Part shown: one piece after another, positions 24,801 through 38,620 of the stretch
Layout of the letters: each line of letters opens with the position of its first letter
Numbering within the stretch: the stretch's first letter is position 1
DNA from: Squalus acanthias
Lineage: Eukaryota
Length of the DNA: 64,000 bases
Assembly: GCA_030390025.1 (NCBI GenBank)
Contig: CM059432.1
Coordinates: 133,116,001 to 133,180,000, forward strand
Direction of reading: 5' to 3'
Position numbers and translations under genes: made by a program
The notes under the pieces: generated by a model
The model's database searches: none
Told to the model about the DNA's origin: nothing
What the model saw: the letters and a program-made list of their open reading frames with translations, nothing else

Positions 24801-27800
24801 TTTCCAACACTCCATCCTCAGTGGTAGTTTAATTTGTCGGGAAAGTAAATGGAGTGTGCGGAATTAAATTAATCCGTTATGGAGAGCTCCTGATTTTATG
24901 GATATTCAATATCAGGAACATAGGATGTTTTCTGAATCGGGCACATCGTGCGCCCAACTCTCTGACTGACGCTCTTGCCAAGTGAGACTCTTGCTAGGAA
25001 GAGCATCTTAGAAAATGTAGCCCATTGTATTTAAAAACTGCAATCTGTAACCTATATAAATCATACCTTGCTCAAATATATTTATTGGAAAATTAGATTG
25101 TGATTTTCTGGTTGTGTCTAGGGTTTCATATATGATGTCTCAACGAGCTCACATCGAACCACTGTACATAACCCAATCCGAAAGATATTGCTCATTAACC
25201 AAGCCAGGTCTGCCAAAAGCAGGACCACAGTACAGCACTGAGTGAAATGGAACTGGTTCTTACTTGCCAGAGGCATCAACGATTGAGTTGAACACAGAGA
25301 TACATTACTAACACTACTTTAACAACATCGACTGTAGTATGATTACCACCATCACAAGGTTTGGTACTGGCAATTTCAGTCAAAGTAAACCAAAGTTTAA
25401 CATCAGTCTACTGAATCAAACTCATCACCTGGAGAACAAGTAAACTTAATTGTAAGCTCCACCATGTCTCAGTGTCAGCTGAGTTTTTCTTAGTAACAAT
25501 GTATCTCATTGAAACATATAAGACTCTGAGGGGGCTTGACAGAGTAGATGTTGAGAGGTTGTTTCCCCAGGTAAGAGAGTCTAGAACTAGGGGTCACAGT
25601 CTCAGGATCAGGGGTCGGCCATTTAGGACTGAGATGAGGAGGAATTTCTTCACTCAGAGGGTTGTGAATCTTTGGAATTCTCTACAGAGGGCTGTGGAGG
25701 GCTGTGGAGGCTGAGTCATTGAGTATATTCGAGGCTGAGAGAGATAGATTTTTGTACTCTAAGGGAATCGAGGGATATGGGGATCGGGCAGAAAGTGGAG
25801 TTGAGGTCGAAGATCAATCGTGATCTTAATGAATGGCGGAGCAGGCTTGAGGGGGCGTATGGCCGACTCCTGCTCCTAATTCTTATGTTCTTAATGCAAC
25901 AACAACTTGCATTTATATAGCACCTTTAACGTAGTAAAACATCCCAAGGCACTTCACAGGAGCGATTATCAAACAAAATTTGACACCGAGTCACATGAGA
26001 TATTACGACAGACTCGGTCAAAGAGGTAGATTTTAAAGAGCGTCTTAAAGGAGGAGAGAGAGGTAGAGAGGCGGAGAGGTTTAGGGAGGGAATTCCAGAG
26101 CTTAGTGCCTAGGCAGCTGAAGGCGCGGCCGGCAATCGTGGAGCAAAGAAAATCGGAGATGCTCCAGAAGCCAGAATTGGAGGAAAACCAGATGGGAGGG
26201 GAGGAATGGGCAGAGATCCAGAATTACACCTGTATATCATGCAAATAGGATGGGAAAATCTCAGCTTGTGCACTTGTAAAAGCCTTTAGGCAGAAATAAA
26301 AAGACAGCAAGGAGTAAGGAAGCCACAGCGTGCAATGAATAAGAAATGTCATTACAGGTTTGACAGTGCATGCTTGCCTTGCCTCAGTCCTGCTTCCCCA
26401 GTGTTACATGCAAGTTGGTACACAGGCTGACAAATTTTCTCTATTCTGTCTTAACAAGAATACAGAAGAGCCGTATTCTAATTATCAAAAGTAATAGTGC
26501 TTGTACTATCTCTGTGCATTACAACCAACAGGCAGATTGCAATTCATGGTCATGTGCTGGTAATTCAATAAATAACGAATCCTTAAATGGAACACTGTCT
26601 GCATTAAATACCTGAAGTACAGATCTATTGGTCTATATTAAACATGGTACATCTAGCATGCACTTGTTGTTGGTCACACTTCAGATATCACACTGTGGCT
26701 CCAATATTCCTCTCCTATGCTCCTGGAACAGCTCAGTTTCCAGGCGCAGAGGACAGGAAAAAGGGAGAGAGCTACGTGATGGCAGATCTCCGCCCCATTA
26801 ACGTTCCCCTGAAGTGGGGCGGAGCCCCTGCTCCTGCAACAGGTGCAGGAATCGTGAATCGTATGGGCATGAGCAGGAGAGACCAAATGGCCCCGCCTGC
26901 TTCTTTCAGAATGCTGGCCGGGTGCCCATCTGGAGAGGCACACCCAAGGTCTCGCACGGTGCAGCGAATCCATTATGGCTGCCTTCTTCATGAAACTGTG
27001 AAGGAGGGTCTCACTGTTTCTCTCTAAGTGCCCGGGCAACAAAGAAAAGCACAAGGGGGTAGATTTTTAAGTTGGCGACCGGGCATAAAGCTGGCACTGT
27101 GAAAACCGGTTGAGTTTCATTACCATTAATATCAATGTAAAATGAAAATCGGGCAATTTCTATAACAGACGGTCGATCTCCAACAGCAGTTTAGCACCTG
27201 GGTGACCAGTTGAAAATCTACTCCAATTACTTCATCGGCTGAGTATCGGGCCTTACAATTGTCATATTTTCAACTGGCTTAATGATGTCATAAATACAAG
27301 ACCAAATCTTTTGCTATTTCTGTACAATGGAATGCTAACACAATGGATGCAATGGCCCTAGATTTCCTTGGGACTTCTCCCGATCTCCTGCCGTAACTTT
27401 GGTAGGAGGTTGGCCGAACCCCTGGGGAAATGGTGTAAATGGCTAAAAACAGCTGTTTATGCCAGTTCCCCAGGGATTCCACTGATCTCCTGCTGAAGCT
27501 ATGGTGGAAAATTGGTGTTATGTCTGAATACACACTCAAGTTGATGTGGCAATAACTAGCTGCTTTTATTTCCAGATCCTCCAGATATTCCATCAAAGAA
27601 CAACAAAGTAATACAAGAGAGGACACTGGAATCTAACTGCTACAATGTGCTTACTCCCATCAGGGAGCCATCTAGTGTTCAGTTAACAATATGCAAGTAC
27701 CGTACACATCAATCGGGAGAACCCCTATGGAAATCCAAGGATGACAATAGCATGGGCAGACATATATCATGCGAGATCTGTACCATTAGTAGCTATACAA

Positions 27801-27803
27801 CAA
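18831..27803 (+). CDS. Tentative spliced host gene, product unknown; candidate coding exons 18831-18899, 19532-19659, 25122-25207, 27576-27803
   Basis: ATG in ACTATGG context with an upstream in-frame TAA; AG/GT boundaries with compatible phases 0, 2, 1 give ~170 open codons (MDYKRRREFRSQIREFIAEPVVR-NLVEISC...). No homology recognised, and the 25207 donor is weak. Confidence 0.35.
21699..23633 (-). pseudogene. Harbinger Myb/SANT-like DNA-binding protein gene, 3 exons (23633-23394, 23055-22896, ~22755-21699)
   Basis: APRFNDDSLHALV...AAWLRIAEEVS...QCRKWFNDL; exon 2 EKIAHNKRERALTGGG; TGA at 23399-23397 just before donor 1, and a probable frameshift at the start of exon 3. Confidence 0.85.
22240..22302. 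repeat. 21-bp tandem repeat x3 encoding heptads (MDRMATS VERLATS VERMATA)
   Basis: Units start at 22240, 22261 and 22282. Confidence 0.85.
25500..25893 (+). mobile_element. CR1 LINE 3' fragment
   Basis: LIETYK...RTRGHSLRIRGRPFRTEMRRNFFTQRVVNLWNS; TTCTTATGTTCTTA tail. Confidence 0.9.
25897..26185 (-). mobile_element. L2-type LINE 3' end
   Basis: Minus strand encodes RAFSCLGTKLWNSLPKPLRLSTSLSSFKTL; tail AAAGGTGCTATATAAATGCAAG(TTG)n. Confidence 0.8.
27055..27224. mobile_element. Short palindromic MITE (similar copies ~12659-12740, ~47262-47414)
   Basis: Ends GGGGTAGATTTT / AAAATCTACTCC with internal dyad symmetry. Confidence 0.55.
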
Positions 27804-28635
27804 GTCAGTTTGGAATTTGAGGAGTGATTGCAGTGGGGAGCAAATGGTTGGAGGTAACAAAATCATGGCCAGGAGGATTGGGATTTTTTTCTTAGTCTAT
27901 TAATTTCTTCGAGATGCACTCCCAGGAGCGCTGCTCCCCACTGGGAGTGCCAGATAGCGAAATCACCCTTCTGGTAACAACTTTAACATAAAAAAGAGCA
28001 GCACTTTGCTGTGACTGTACTTGTGTCTGAATTAAACCGTACTGGATATTTCTGCCATTTGTACCTCAGTACCCAAGTTATAAAGTGACCTGTCAGTTAT
28101 ATAAGTAGGGTGGAATTCTCCATGGTGAGACAAACTGCTTCAGGGTTAGTAATAGCCTTTAACCCTTATCCTGCTGGAGAAAAAATAATAAGCCCCTCTG
28201 TTCAATCAGTGATAGCCAATGCAGAAGAACTATTTCAAGGGTTAATTTAAACCTTGATGATGTTTGGAGCCTTTTCTTTATTATTTTTGAAACATTTTAC
28301 AGTGAATGAATATTTGATTTAAGAAGTTTATATTTATTGTGGCTCTCTCATAGATGACAGTGAAACTAGAGAGGTAATTAAAGTCAACTACATTCTTTCC
28401 AGTTGTCAAGCATAATGAATGGTGCAAACAGTTACCTTAACCTTTCCCCAACCTTCAGCTTCTGTTAAAAGCAGACTTTTTGTATGTATGGTTACTATAA
28501 CTCCTCACTGAAATATAATCTAGTGGATGTTAAACAGTGAAAACGGCATTAAATGCCTTTTTAGGGCCCTGACACAACTCACCTCCAAGCTGTCTGGTCT
28601 GGCTGTGTATCAGTCCATCTCCTAAGTTTCAAACA

Positions 28636-28752
28636 ACTCACAGGGCTATGGGGAAAGAACAGGGGAGTGGGACTATTTGGATAGCTCTTTCAAAGAGCCA
28701 GCACAGGCATGGCGGGCCGAATGGCCTCCTTCTGTGGCGTAAGATTCTATAA
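28636..28752 (+). mobile_element. CR1 3' UTR fragment
   Basis: GGGCCGAATGGCCTCCTTCTGTG...ATTCTAT. Confidence 0.75.
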
Positions 28753-30889
28753 CTTGTGTGCAAAGTGGGGAATTTGCTTGAAGCATAACTCTGTGCCCAG
28801 AATAAGCAAGATAATATTGGTACTGAATCTAGCTATTTGCAGTCACTGCTCACATAGACTATGAAATTAAGAGAGCGAATTCAGTAAAGTTTGCATTTAA
28901 TGTAAAGTAACACAGTTAGCGGTGCTGCAATCAGCAGCTTCTACTGCGATTTCACTTTTGTGTCTGCAGGAACTTGCGATTGTCTGTTGGTGAACTGGTC
29001 CCAAGCCTGTTGGAACGGAACAACGATAGCACAAGAAAATAAACCGAGCGAGAGGTACACAGAAAGAAGTAACAGTAATGAGAGAACAAATGAATGCTGT
29101 CAAACGAATTAAGAAAGGAATATAGCAAGGGAAGGACAGAAACGGGTAATAGACCATGAATCGGAGAACCAGAAACAAAATACTGTAGATCAAAGAGAGA
29201 GAATGCAACATTAAGAGAGTTAGATGAAGAGAAATAGACACCAATAGATTTAAAATGGAAAGGGAAGAAAAGGACCGATGTAAGGAAACCAAGATTTTTA
29301 ATAATAGTAAAGTCACCTTTTATCCCCATTACAGAAGGAAAGATTCTGAGAAAGTGATTGAGTCAGTGAGATGTGCGGAGACGGGGCCTTGTTGCAGACT
29401 CACGTTATTTCACCCTGTAAAGTTGTATAGTTGTGAGCTTATTAAAATAGAAACTATGACCAGCATAAAGCTGCATCACAGATGTAATATAAAATATAAT
29501 TGCTTTGTGTTATTTGTGTATTGGGTATTGCATTGAGACTTTAAACACACAATTAATATATGAACAAGGAATTATGTCATGAAGTGACCATTTATGCATC
29601 TATTACATAAAATTTGATCATGAGGAGTGTGCATTTCATTGAAAACTCATTATTAGGTACTATTAAGATTGGGGCTACACTAGCTGTTATTTTGTAGTGA
29701 ATGTACATCACCTTGTGATTGCACCATCTGGACACTGGCTCTGTCAAAATGCTTTCTGAAAATGTTTTCAGTTGCCATTTTATCCCTTAGTAACTAAAAT
29801 GGGAAAGGTGCTTGATGAAAAATCATGGTAAGGACAATTCTTTTTCAGCTATATATGTAAATGGAATAGAGGGTACATTTAAATGTTGAGGCTATACAAT
29901 TTAGTCTCTCCCATCCTGTGAATGTCATGTCACTGGTCTGTGTGTCAGCTCCTTATTGCTGCAGATTTAGATGCAATGTATTTGTCTTATTATTGTACTA
30001 TATTTGTATTAATTTTTATATAGGTTTTTGTATTGGTTTGTGTATACTTTTGGAGACATTCAGCATTTTTATTTTGCTGGAGTTGCCTCTGACTATTATC
30101 AATTAACCTTTTGTGCTGTAATATGTTTAGTATTTATTTGTTTTGACTCTGGTTTTTATTTGGTGTTTGCGAGATATGTTTTATATTTATTTTGATTGTG
30201 CCACCGGTGGATCTCCTATTCCAGCTCTGATGCTCACTGACTGGAACTGAGGTTTTCTTATATTCTGTGAATACATTCCTGCTTGTGGTTGCTTTTAGCT
30301 ACGCCAACTCACCACACTTCTCCCTGAAGCAGCAAGCACGGCTGCTTTAATGCCCCTCACGAGCCCCCCTTCAATCACTCACTCTGCCGCTCTCATTATT
30401 TTGCAATTAACTTCCAGGATTGGCGACACCTTTCCTTGTTTGGTAGTGTTGGACTTTTCCATTTTGAGGCTTTGGAAGTGGTTGAAAACTGCCCTGATCT
30501 GCTGAAAACCAAACGTAAAATTTGGAAGAAAGACTTATATTTATATAGTGCTTATCGCATCTCCCAGAAATGTCCCAAAGTACTTCGCATATAATGTATT
30601 ACTTTGAAATGCAGTGACTTCTGTTATGTAGGCAAATGCTGCAATCATTTTGTGCACAATAAGATCCCACAAACAGCCATGGGGGTGAATGGATGGTTAA
30701 TCTGTCTTTGGTGGTGTTGGTTGAGGTAATAATGTTGGCCAGGAGGTCAGGAGAATTGACTATTATTTTTCAAATCGGGCCATGGGATCTTCAATATTCA
30801 CCTGAACCAATGGAAGCAGCAGATAGGGCCTTAGTTTAACATCTCATACAAAGAATGCCACCTCTGATAATGCAACACTGCCTCAATAC

Positions 30890-31540
30890 GCAGATTGGGT
30901 GACCGCTTTGCGGAACACCTCCGTTCAGTCCGTAAGGGGGACCCCGAGCTCCCGGTGGCCTGTCACTTTAATTCACCGCTTCACTCCCACTCTGACCTCA
31001 CCGTCCTCGGCCTATTACACTGTTCCATGGAAGCTCAGCGTAAGCTCGAGGAACAGCACCTCATCTTTCGTTTAGGCACGCTACAGCCCTCTGGACTCAA
31101 TATCGAGTTCAACAATTTTAGATCATAACCTCAGCTCCAATCACATTTATATTTTATTTTATCCACCCTTTTATTTGTCCCCCCCACCTTTTTTTTCCTC
31201 CTAGAAGCTGGCAGCTGTCCTTCATTCTGCCAGTGGATTTCACACTTCATTCAGCCTTAATCTGTCACATTAACACCACCTCTAGCCTTGCATATCTCTT
31301 AATGTCTCTTAATGTCTCTTCATCTCCTCCTTTGTTCCTTTATCCCCTCCCCCTTTTCCCAGCTTTACCCTGGCCTTAAATCTATTTGATTTCCAGCTCT
31401 TCCCAGTTCTGATGAAAGGTCATCGACCTGAAACGTCAACTCTCTTTCTCTCTCTACGGATGCTGCCTGGCCTGCTGAGTTTTTCCAGCGTTTTCTGTTG
31501 TTATTTCGGATTTCCAGCATCTGCAGTATTTTGCTATCGT
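30890..31540 (+). mobile_element. Penelope-like element (second family), 5'-truncated
   Basis: GIY-YIG C-terminus LGDRFAEHLRSV...PVACHFN...EQHLIFRLGTLQPSGLN; 13-bp TSD ACTGCCTCAATAC (30877-30889 / 31541-31553). Confidence 0.9.
31405..31441 (+). ncRNA. Minimal type I hammerhead ribozyme motif
   Basis: AGUU-CUGAUGA-A-AGGUC/auc/GACCU-GAAA-CG-UC^AACU; predicted cleavage after 31437. Confidence 0.85.
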
Positions 31541-33304
31541 ACTGCCTCAATACTGCAGTGTATTATGTGCTCAAGTGCCAACACGTGGCTTGAAACTACA
31601 TGTACACTGAGCCAAGCTGACATGCGAGCTGCACATTTTGCATTAAAAATAGAAAATAGACAGTCTGCTTATAAAACAGACTGTACAGATGAAAAGTGGA
31701 TGGGTGGGTCACCCTAGTGACACCATTTTCTTCACTCATTCCTCCTTTCCACAGTCTCACCGGGCCCCACACCTACACCTCATATGCTCCCAGGCCTCTG
31801 TCAATGCCACTCTTTTGCCTGCTACTAGCAGATGCTTGGCAGCAGCCCAGCCATAACACAACAATTTGTCCTCCCCCTTGTAGGTGGAACCTGACCAGAA
31901 ACCAAGTGCATTCTCAAACAATCGGGCCGAGATGAGGAACTCAATTCAAGCTGAAAGTTGGTACTTCAAAAGGACATTGCTACCACGTTGCCTCCTCAAA
32001 GATTGTTTTAATGGCAACACTGATGGGTTACAATTGTATGGCATGAGTAATGAATAGGGCGACACGTTACAAATAAAATGTGGTGAATGCTTTTGTTAAA
32101 ATACCAGGCAAAGGAATTCCCTATGAACATGTTAATATTACAGAGAAATAAAGCAAAATAAAGCTGAAAAGTATATTATCTTTATTTCTCTCTGTCTGTA
32201 TGCAATATCAAATGGACATTAATATGGTTAGCCTTGCAAAAATTAAAAGCCAGCTAACCTTCATTTAAACTTGTTTATGAATACATGAGATAAAGCAGCT
32301 GCATTATATGTACCTTTTGAAACTCTTGTCACTTCAATGGGCAACACCCATAAAACAGACAGAATGACTGCATGCTTTAGCAGAGAAATGCTGAAATCCA
32401 CCAGCATCATGAAATCAACAAGGAACAGCTTCATGAAACAGGCAATGCCATTTGACTTGGTGCAAATCAAAGGCCGCATTAAAAGCGTAAAGCCTGAATG
32501 AAGTTCATTCAGTTACCAAATGTCAATATAGGAAATGATATAACGAAGTGCCCTGAATCCCGAGTTGTGGCAGCGTGTCTCTCTCTTCAGAGAGTCTTTT
32601 GCAGTTCAGAATGCAAAACGGGATTCATCAAACCATAACCCCTTGTTCAGTAAAACCACTTCCTTTTAGTGGTTTGTTTTTGTTAGAAATGTGCAGATTC
32701 CTGAACTGAACAATTTGGTGGCGAGACAGAGTAAATAATCTTCTGATTACCTGTAATAGCTGCATTTTTAGCAGTGGTCAGGGTTTGCCTGGGGTCCATC
32801 GATACAATCTCAGATCATGCCAAGTTAATGCTTTTGCAACAACAAAAAAAAGGCCTAATTTTGCTTCAGTCCTTAAGCCAGATAAGACCTGGGGAAACAA
32901 TCCTGACTTTCAGCAACGGTGCGGGGATTCCTGAAGCTGAACAGTCTTTGCTGAGGAGTTTTGAGTTATTTTGCTCTTCACATGAGATTTTTAAGCTTGG
33001 CTATTCTGCTTTGAGTTTAGCAGAGTCAGCTGTCTCATTTGAAATTAATGGTCGTGTGAAACTGACAGCGAAATTGACAAGTTTCATGAAAAGTGCTGTG
33101 CCTTATCCTCTGTAATTACCAGGCAACGGAATGTGTATTTCCTCCCCCCTAGCCCAGGGGTGCTGAGGCCAAGTGTAGCATCCCCCTGCGACTGCCCCAA
33201 CTAATTCGGCACAGGCCAGGGATTAAGTAGGGGACCTTCGTGGCATTAATCCTATACTGGGCAGTTCATTTGCACTCAGAGCCATCTGCAACCTGAATTT
33301 CTTT

Positions 33305-33430
33305 GAACATAAGAACATAAGAACCTGAGAAATAGGAGCAGGAGTAGGCCATTCGGCCCCTCGAGCCTGCTCCGCCATTCAATAAGATCAAGGCTGATCT
33401 GATCTTGGCCTCAACTCCACTTTCCTGTGG
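33305..33430 (-). mobile_element. CR1 3' UTR fragment
   Basis: (GAACATAA)n tail and GGAGCAGGAGTAGGCCATTCGGCCCCTCGAGCCTGCTCC stem-loop region. Confidence 0.8.
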
Positions 33431-34312
33431 CCTTTCCTTTGGCATTGAACTTTGGACATCAGAAAATTTAGAGATTCCCAAAGCTGAACGCAACACTCTG
33501 ATCAAGACGTGAGTCTCCACACAGTGCAAAGGAATAATTGCCCTTCCTCCTCCAGCAATGAAACCATGAACAATAATGGATATATATTCATCTCCGCTAA
33601 GCCAGAAATCAGATGCGGACAGCCTCCCCGGCCCTCCCAGTAGATCAGGCTGTCCGAGAAAACGGGCGCATAATCACTACCAGAAAAACAGATGCCCACT
33701 CATCACTAGACCGATCAGATTCAGATGCCCTCTGAGTACGTTATATTCTATGTATGTTCACTTTTGTTTTTAAGGAATAGGCCAACCTGGAACTAAAATT
33801 CCCCACAAATTTGCAAATGAACATGAAATGCCTCCTTTGTTTTTCAGAATGACTATTAACACCACTGTGTACCTAGATAATACATTCCACTGAGATGGCA
33901 GTGGTGGGACCTCCTTGACCCTGCCAGGTCAATGTAGGTCAAAGCATTGTGCAAAATAGCCTGGGCCAAAAAAAAACATGTACTTACTGAGGGCGAACCC
34001 TCGGCGAGCTGCTTTGAAATGTTGGTATTCATTTCTGGTCTACTGCCAGCAACTGGCCAAAACAACATCAAGATCCCCAGTCTAGCCCAGGTGTTGCACT
34101 TAACTCACCTGTTTACCTAACGGTTACCTAGAGCAGTGCAACAAACAGCATTCCTAACAACCAATTCTGCTCACCAGAACCTGCCCTGGGCCATCTATAA
34201 ACCTCTGCGTAAGACTTTCTCCCCATCACAATGCACTTCCATATCAAGTTCGCTGAGCCACATTGTCTTCACACTATGCCAGCGATGTATAAATGAATGA
34301 CTGCATATATTG

Positions 34313-34621
34313 GATGAGGCATTAAACCGAGGCTCCGCCTGCCTCCTCAGGTGGACATAAAAGATCCCACGGCACCATTTTGAAGAAGAGCAGGGAGTTC
34401 TCCCCGGTGTCCTGACCAACATTTATTCCTCAACCAACTCCTAAAAAAACCCAGATTATCTGGTCATTATCCCATTGCTGTTCGTGGGACCGATGCACAA
34501 ATTGACTATCGCGTTTCCTACATTGTGACTATACTTCAAAAAGTACTTTATTGGCTGTAAAACGCTTTGGGACATCCTGAGGTCGTGAAAGGCACGATAT
34601 AAAGGCAAGTCTTCCTTTCTT
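34313..34621 (+). mobile_element. Deu-domain SINE, 5'-truncated
   Basis: Core and tail match the other copies. Confidence 0.8.
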
Positions 34622-35032
34622 ATACATAGAATCTAGGAGCAGGAGTAGGCCATTCGGCCCGTCGAGCCTGCTCCACCATTCAATACGATCATGGCTGATC
34701 ATCCAAATCCAGTACCCTGTCCCTGCTTTAATCCCCACAGTACACATATCCCACCCTACCCCCGTAACCCCATGTATTTAATTCCCCCTAACATATCCCA
34801 TCCTATCCCCACATATTTAATACCCCCCTAACACTAAGGGTCAATTTATCATAGCCAAATCAACCTAACCCGCACATTTTTGGACTGTGGGAGGAAACCG
34901 GACCACCTGGAGGTAACCCACGCAGACACGGGGAGAATGTGCAAACTCCACACAGACAGTCACCCAAGGTCAGATTCAAACCCGGGTCCTCTGGCGCTGT
35001 GAGGCACCAGTGCTAACCACTATGCCACCGTG
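34622..35032 (-). mobile_element. V-SINE (HE1-like) with a CR1-derived 3' tail
   Basis: Minus strand head CACGGTGGCATAGTGGTTAGCACTG, V-domain GTGTGGAGTTTGCACATTCTCCCCGTGTCTGCGTGGGTT; tail 34622-34737 nearly matches the CR1 end at 48670-48785. Confidence 0.85.
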
Positions 35033-35324
35033 TTACACATTGTAACATTGAACAATTATAATACAAAATAAATAAGGTGACTCAATTTGGATTATTCTGG
35101 ATTTTGAATTTTATTTGGCTCTCATTCCTGCTAATCACATTTTTAAATTATTGCTTACTCCCCACCAAGTATTCCACAATGTTTTCTGTGTAGGAATTGC
35201 CAGTATCATTTTAATGCAAGCTCCCTAGCATGTTTACCAACTTCTTCAGGTTAAATTGACCTTCCAATTTGAAAGCAAATAAAGCATATTCTGTCTTTCT
35301 ATTCAATTCAGCTTTCTTTTGCAC

Positions 35325-35476
35325 ACGAAGCGAATCAAGGGATATGGGGATCGGGCGGGAAAGCGGAGTTGAGGTGGAAGATCAGCCATGATCTTATTGA
35401 ATGGCGGAACAGGCTCGAGGGGCCATATAGCCTACTCCTGCTTCTAATTCTCATGTTCTTATGTTTCGTATGTTCT
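35325..35476 (+). mobile_element. CR1 3' UTR fragment
   Basis: Matches 25760-25893. Confidence 0.8.
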
Positions 35477-37449
35477 TCACATAATTATACATGTATCATG
35501 AAATATAATAATGCACACCAAAATTATGGAAAATAAAATCAAGGGGACCCTAGCCTGGAAATTCTGTTTGGTCTTTGGTCTCAGGACTTCCACTCGCCAG
35601 CTTGCCCTGGCATTGACACTGTCCCAAATGCTGGGGACAGGTTTATTTGCACAAAATGGACCAGCGCCCATGTCATTTACATCGCAGCCTGCACATTCAC
35701 CTTGCAGGAGACCTAGGGTTTCAGTGTGGCTCCTTGCTGCTCTGTTGGAAGGGTGGGGCAGAGCCGGGGGCATGGGGGGTGCGGGGGAGAGGGAAAATTT
35801 TTGTTTCAGCTAGACCAGCCCACCCACTCCAATACTGACTTGCAAAGGTTTACAGTAACTTCTTGGATAACACTGACATTGGCGATGGTGCCATCAATGT
35901 TTTGATGGAATGAGTCTCGTTTGAAGGAGTGCCGTGCGATAGCAGAAATTCTCCGATTCGCCTGGGAATGTCACCGACTGATTTATATTCTGTTTGTTGG
36001 AGCCCTGGTAGAATGATTCCCAGAGAATGTTAGCAAATCTCATTGCGCTTTGATTCCAGACCCGTTCCTTAGTTGAGTTTCTGTTTCCTTAACATCGTTT
36101 GCTGTTGTAAAACAAGGGAACGTTGGCTGGATACTGGGCAGAACTGGTGGGAATTATGATGTGACCCGTCATATTACTGTGATGTCACAGTGGAGGGAGG
36201 CGGGCAGAAGAAGCAGCTGATCCTTGACCCCACCCCCTCCCCCCATTTTCACCATGGGCAGAGAGGGGTTGAAATGGTTTCCACTCCAAACCCCTCCCTC
36301 CCCTGTGTGGTTTCCATGCCAACAACGGGCCTGAATTTCTAAGCTTCTTTCTCAAGCCTAACTAAATTCAAAATTGAAATTTTTTTCAGCTCTGTCATGT
36401 ACAATAATGTAGATTGTTCTGAATAGTATACAGTGCACAAGTTTCATACCTTGGTTGGGCCTGGAGAGCTTGGCGAAGGATTTCAACATGGACAACAAAT
36501 ACTCAATGTCCTGAGCTGATGATAACATCATCAAATTAGTATCACACAATCAGTTCCATATGTCCTACATAAACATCACATCACCTTGAATTAAATTATT
36601 TCCAAAATGGTTTCCACTCCCACTTCCCCCTAGAATTCAATACTCAAAACTTAAAAGTGTGCTTTAACGATGTTGTTTACAGCGTCAACCCCTTACCTCC
36701 CTCAGTCTTCTTTTCTTCCTACAATTTACAAGCTTTTAGAACATTGGCGTCACCTAATCACAACTTCTAGATTTACCTCCTCTTCTCTTTACCCTTTTCA
36801 GTCTCGGTGGCGTCCTGCATGATGGGGTCTTGGGATTCCCTGGATTTTCAAAGCTCTGTAACACAAACTGCTTGCAACTGTAGAAAATCAGAAATCGATC
36901 GCGATTCTCTTAATGCATTAATAAATAGCATGTAGATTTTAGACATTTCATTTATTTCACAGAAGTATCTCCTATCGCAACGTGGTCACAATCAACTCAA
37001 AGCATATTTTTAAAGCCAGCGAGGAAATTAGGAAAGAATTAAGCAAAATCTGACTCTGGCTGCAGCACTCAATCTAAATTCAAGTGCAGATTTTAAAACG
37101 TGATCATTCTAATTACAATTGTCCTGTTGGGAACACGGCTGGATTGAAGCAAGCAGACTTCTGGCTCCGAGCGTGTACATGCACGTTTTCATACGGGAAT
37201 GCAGTTTCTCCTGCGCCTCTGATGCTTGCGGTTGGCAGGACTTGCTGTAAAGCAACTTTCAGGCACACTAGCTGGAGGCTACGGGCAACGGATGATGTCA
37301 GTTGACTGTTGTGTGAGTTGCTGGCAGCGAGAGACGTACAATAAATATTATTATACTTTATTGAACTTCAAGTTGACATGATGTCCGTGGTGTCACTGGT
37401 GTCATAAATTATGTCAAATGTACATTCATGACAGTAGGTGTACAATTAA

Positions 37450-37795
37450 GAAAGTAAGAACCTGCACTTATATAGCACCTTTCACGACCTCAGGACACCC
37501 CAAAGCGCTTTACAGCCATTGAAGTACTTTTTGAAGTGTAGTCATTGTTGTGATGATGTGGCAGCCAATTTTCACACAGCAAGATCCCACAAAGAGCAAT
37601 GTGATCATCTATTTTACCGATGTTGTTTAAGGGATAAATATTTGCCAGGGCACCGGGGAGAACTCCCCATCTCTTCTACGAATAGTGTCACGGCATCTTT
37701 AACGTCCACCTGAGAGGGCAGACGTGGCCTTGGTTTATTGTCCCATCCGAAAAATGGCACCTTCGACAGTGTAGCACTCCCTCAGTACTGCACGT
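37450..37795 (-). mobile_element. Deu-domain SINE, truncated
   Basis: Core and tail match the other copies. Confidence 0.8.
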
Positions 37796-37866
37796 GGATT
37801 ATCTATAAAGGGTTCAATTGCCAAGTGAAAGTATTTTAAAACAAGGGTCTGCCTTTCCACAAACTC

Positions 37867-38620
37867 TAGAAATTCAGCTGCTTTGCGCCTCCCGTTAGCG
37901 GCCGTGGGGGGCGGTAACGGGGCGCTAAGGGGTTACCCACCGGGCGCGGCAAATTCAGCGACGCCCGCGAGCTTCCCTGGCGGTTTTGCGCTGGCGCTAA
38001 CACTTACCACCTCGGTCTCTAGCGCCCCGTAGATCGTGAGGTCATCAAATGTGCAGTGCCCCGGATGTGAAATTGACTTTTGCCCCCTGCATTATCGCCT
38101 TGCGCTGACAACGCCAACAAGAGGAGACATTCTGAAGTCGGATGGCCACTTCGGGAGCGGTAATTAAAGGAAATGCTTTTCAGATAATTACCGTTATTAT
38201 TTGCACCAGTCTGGTGCCTGCGCAAAGTTTTCACTCTTTAATTGTTGCAGGATGTCCAAGCCCTCCACTTCGTGACAGTGTTTGGGGCTGTATTGGCAGT
38301 CGCCTTGCAAGACTGCAGTGCCGACAAATAGCTTCCAGTGCAATATTGTCCCTTCCCTTTAAGCGAGGGAAGCAGCTTCTGTGATTGAAGAGTGCCGTCT
38401 GGAATGCGCTGCAAATTGTCTCGCGCTCTGCCGCTACCGCCCCGCTCTCCGACTTTAGCACCCTAAGAGAAGTGGTTAGCGCTTGATTTAGCGCTCCACT
38501 TCCCTCTTGGAGCACTACAACTGAACTTCGCGGGAACCTATCATCATTAGCGCCTGGCGCTAATTTTTCAGCTTTCGAAGTTTTAGCGCCCCAAGCGGGG
38601 TTATAATGAATTTCTCCCCC
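37867..38620 (-). mobile_element. Harbinger MITE related to the 55954-60046 family
   Basis: Ends TAGAAATTC.../...GAATTTCTCCCCC; shares CCTCCCGTTAGCG, the TTAGCGCCTGGCGCTAA palindrome and GCGCTAA motifs; left TIR eroded. Confidence 0.75.

Larger units (their letters stand above)
30526..31622 (-). mobile_element. Diverged Deu-domain SINE split by a Penelope fragment
   Basis: Tail and core 30526-30889; head side resumes at 31541-31622. Confidence 0.7.

Noticed and set aside
32337..32501. 54-aa ORF starting MGNTHK in unique sequence
   Set aside because: Short, no homology recognised, no supporting gene signals
33500..33773. Exon-like segment / 65-aa ORF
   Set aside because: Stops in all frames near the candidate acceptors; cannot be joined to the gene model
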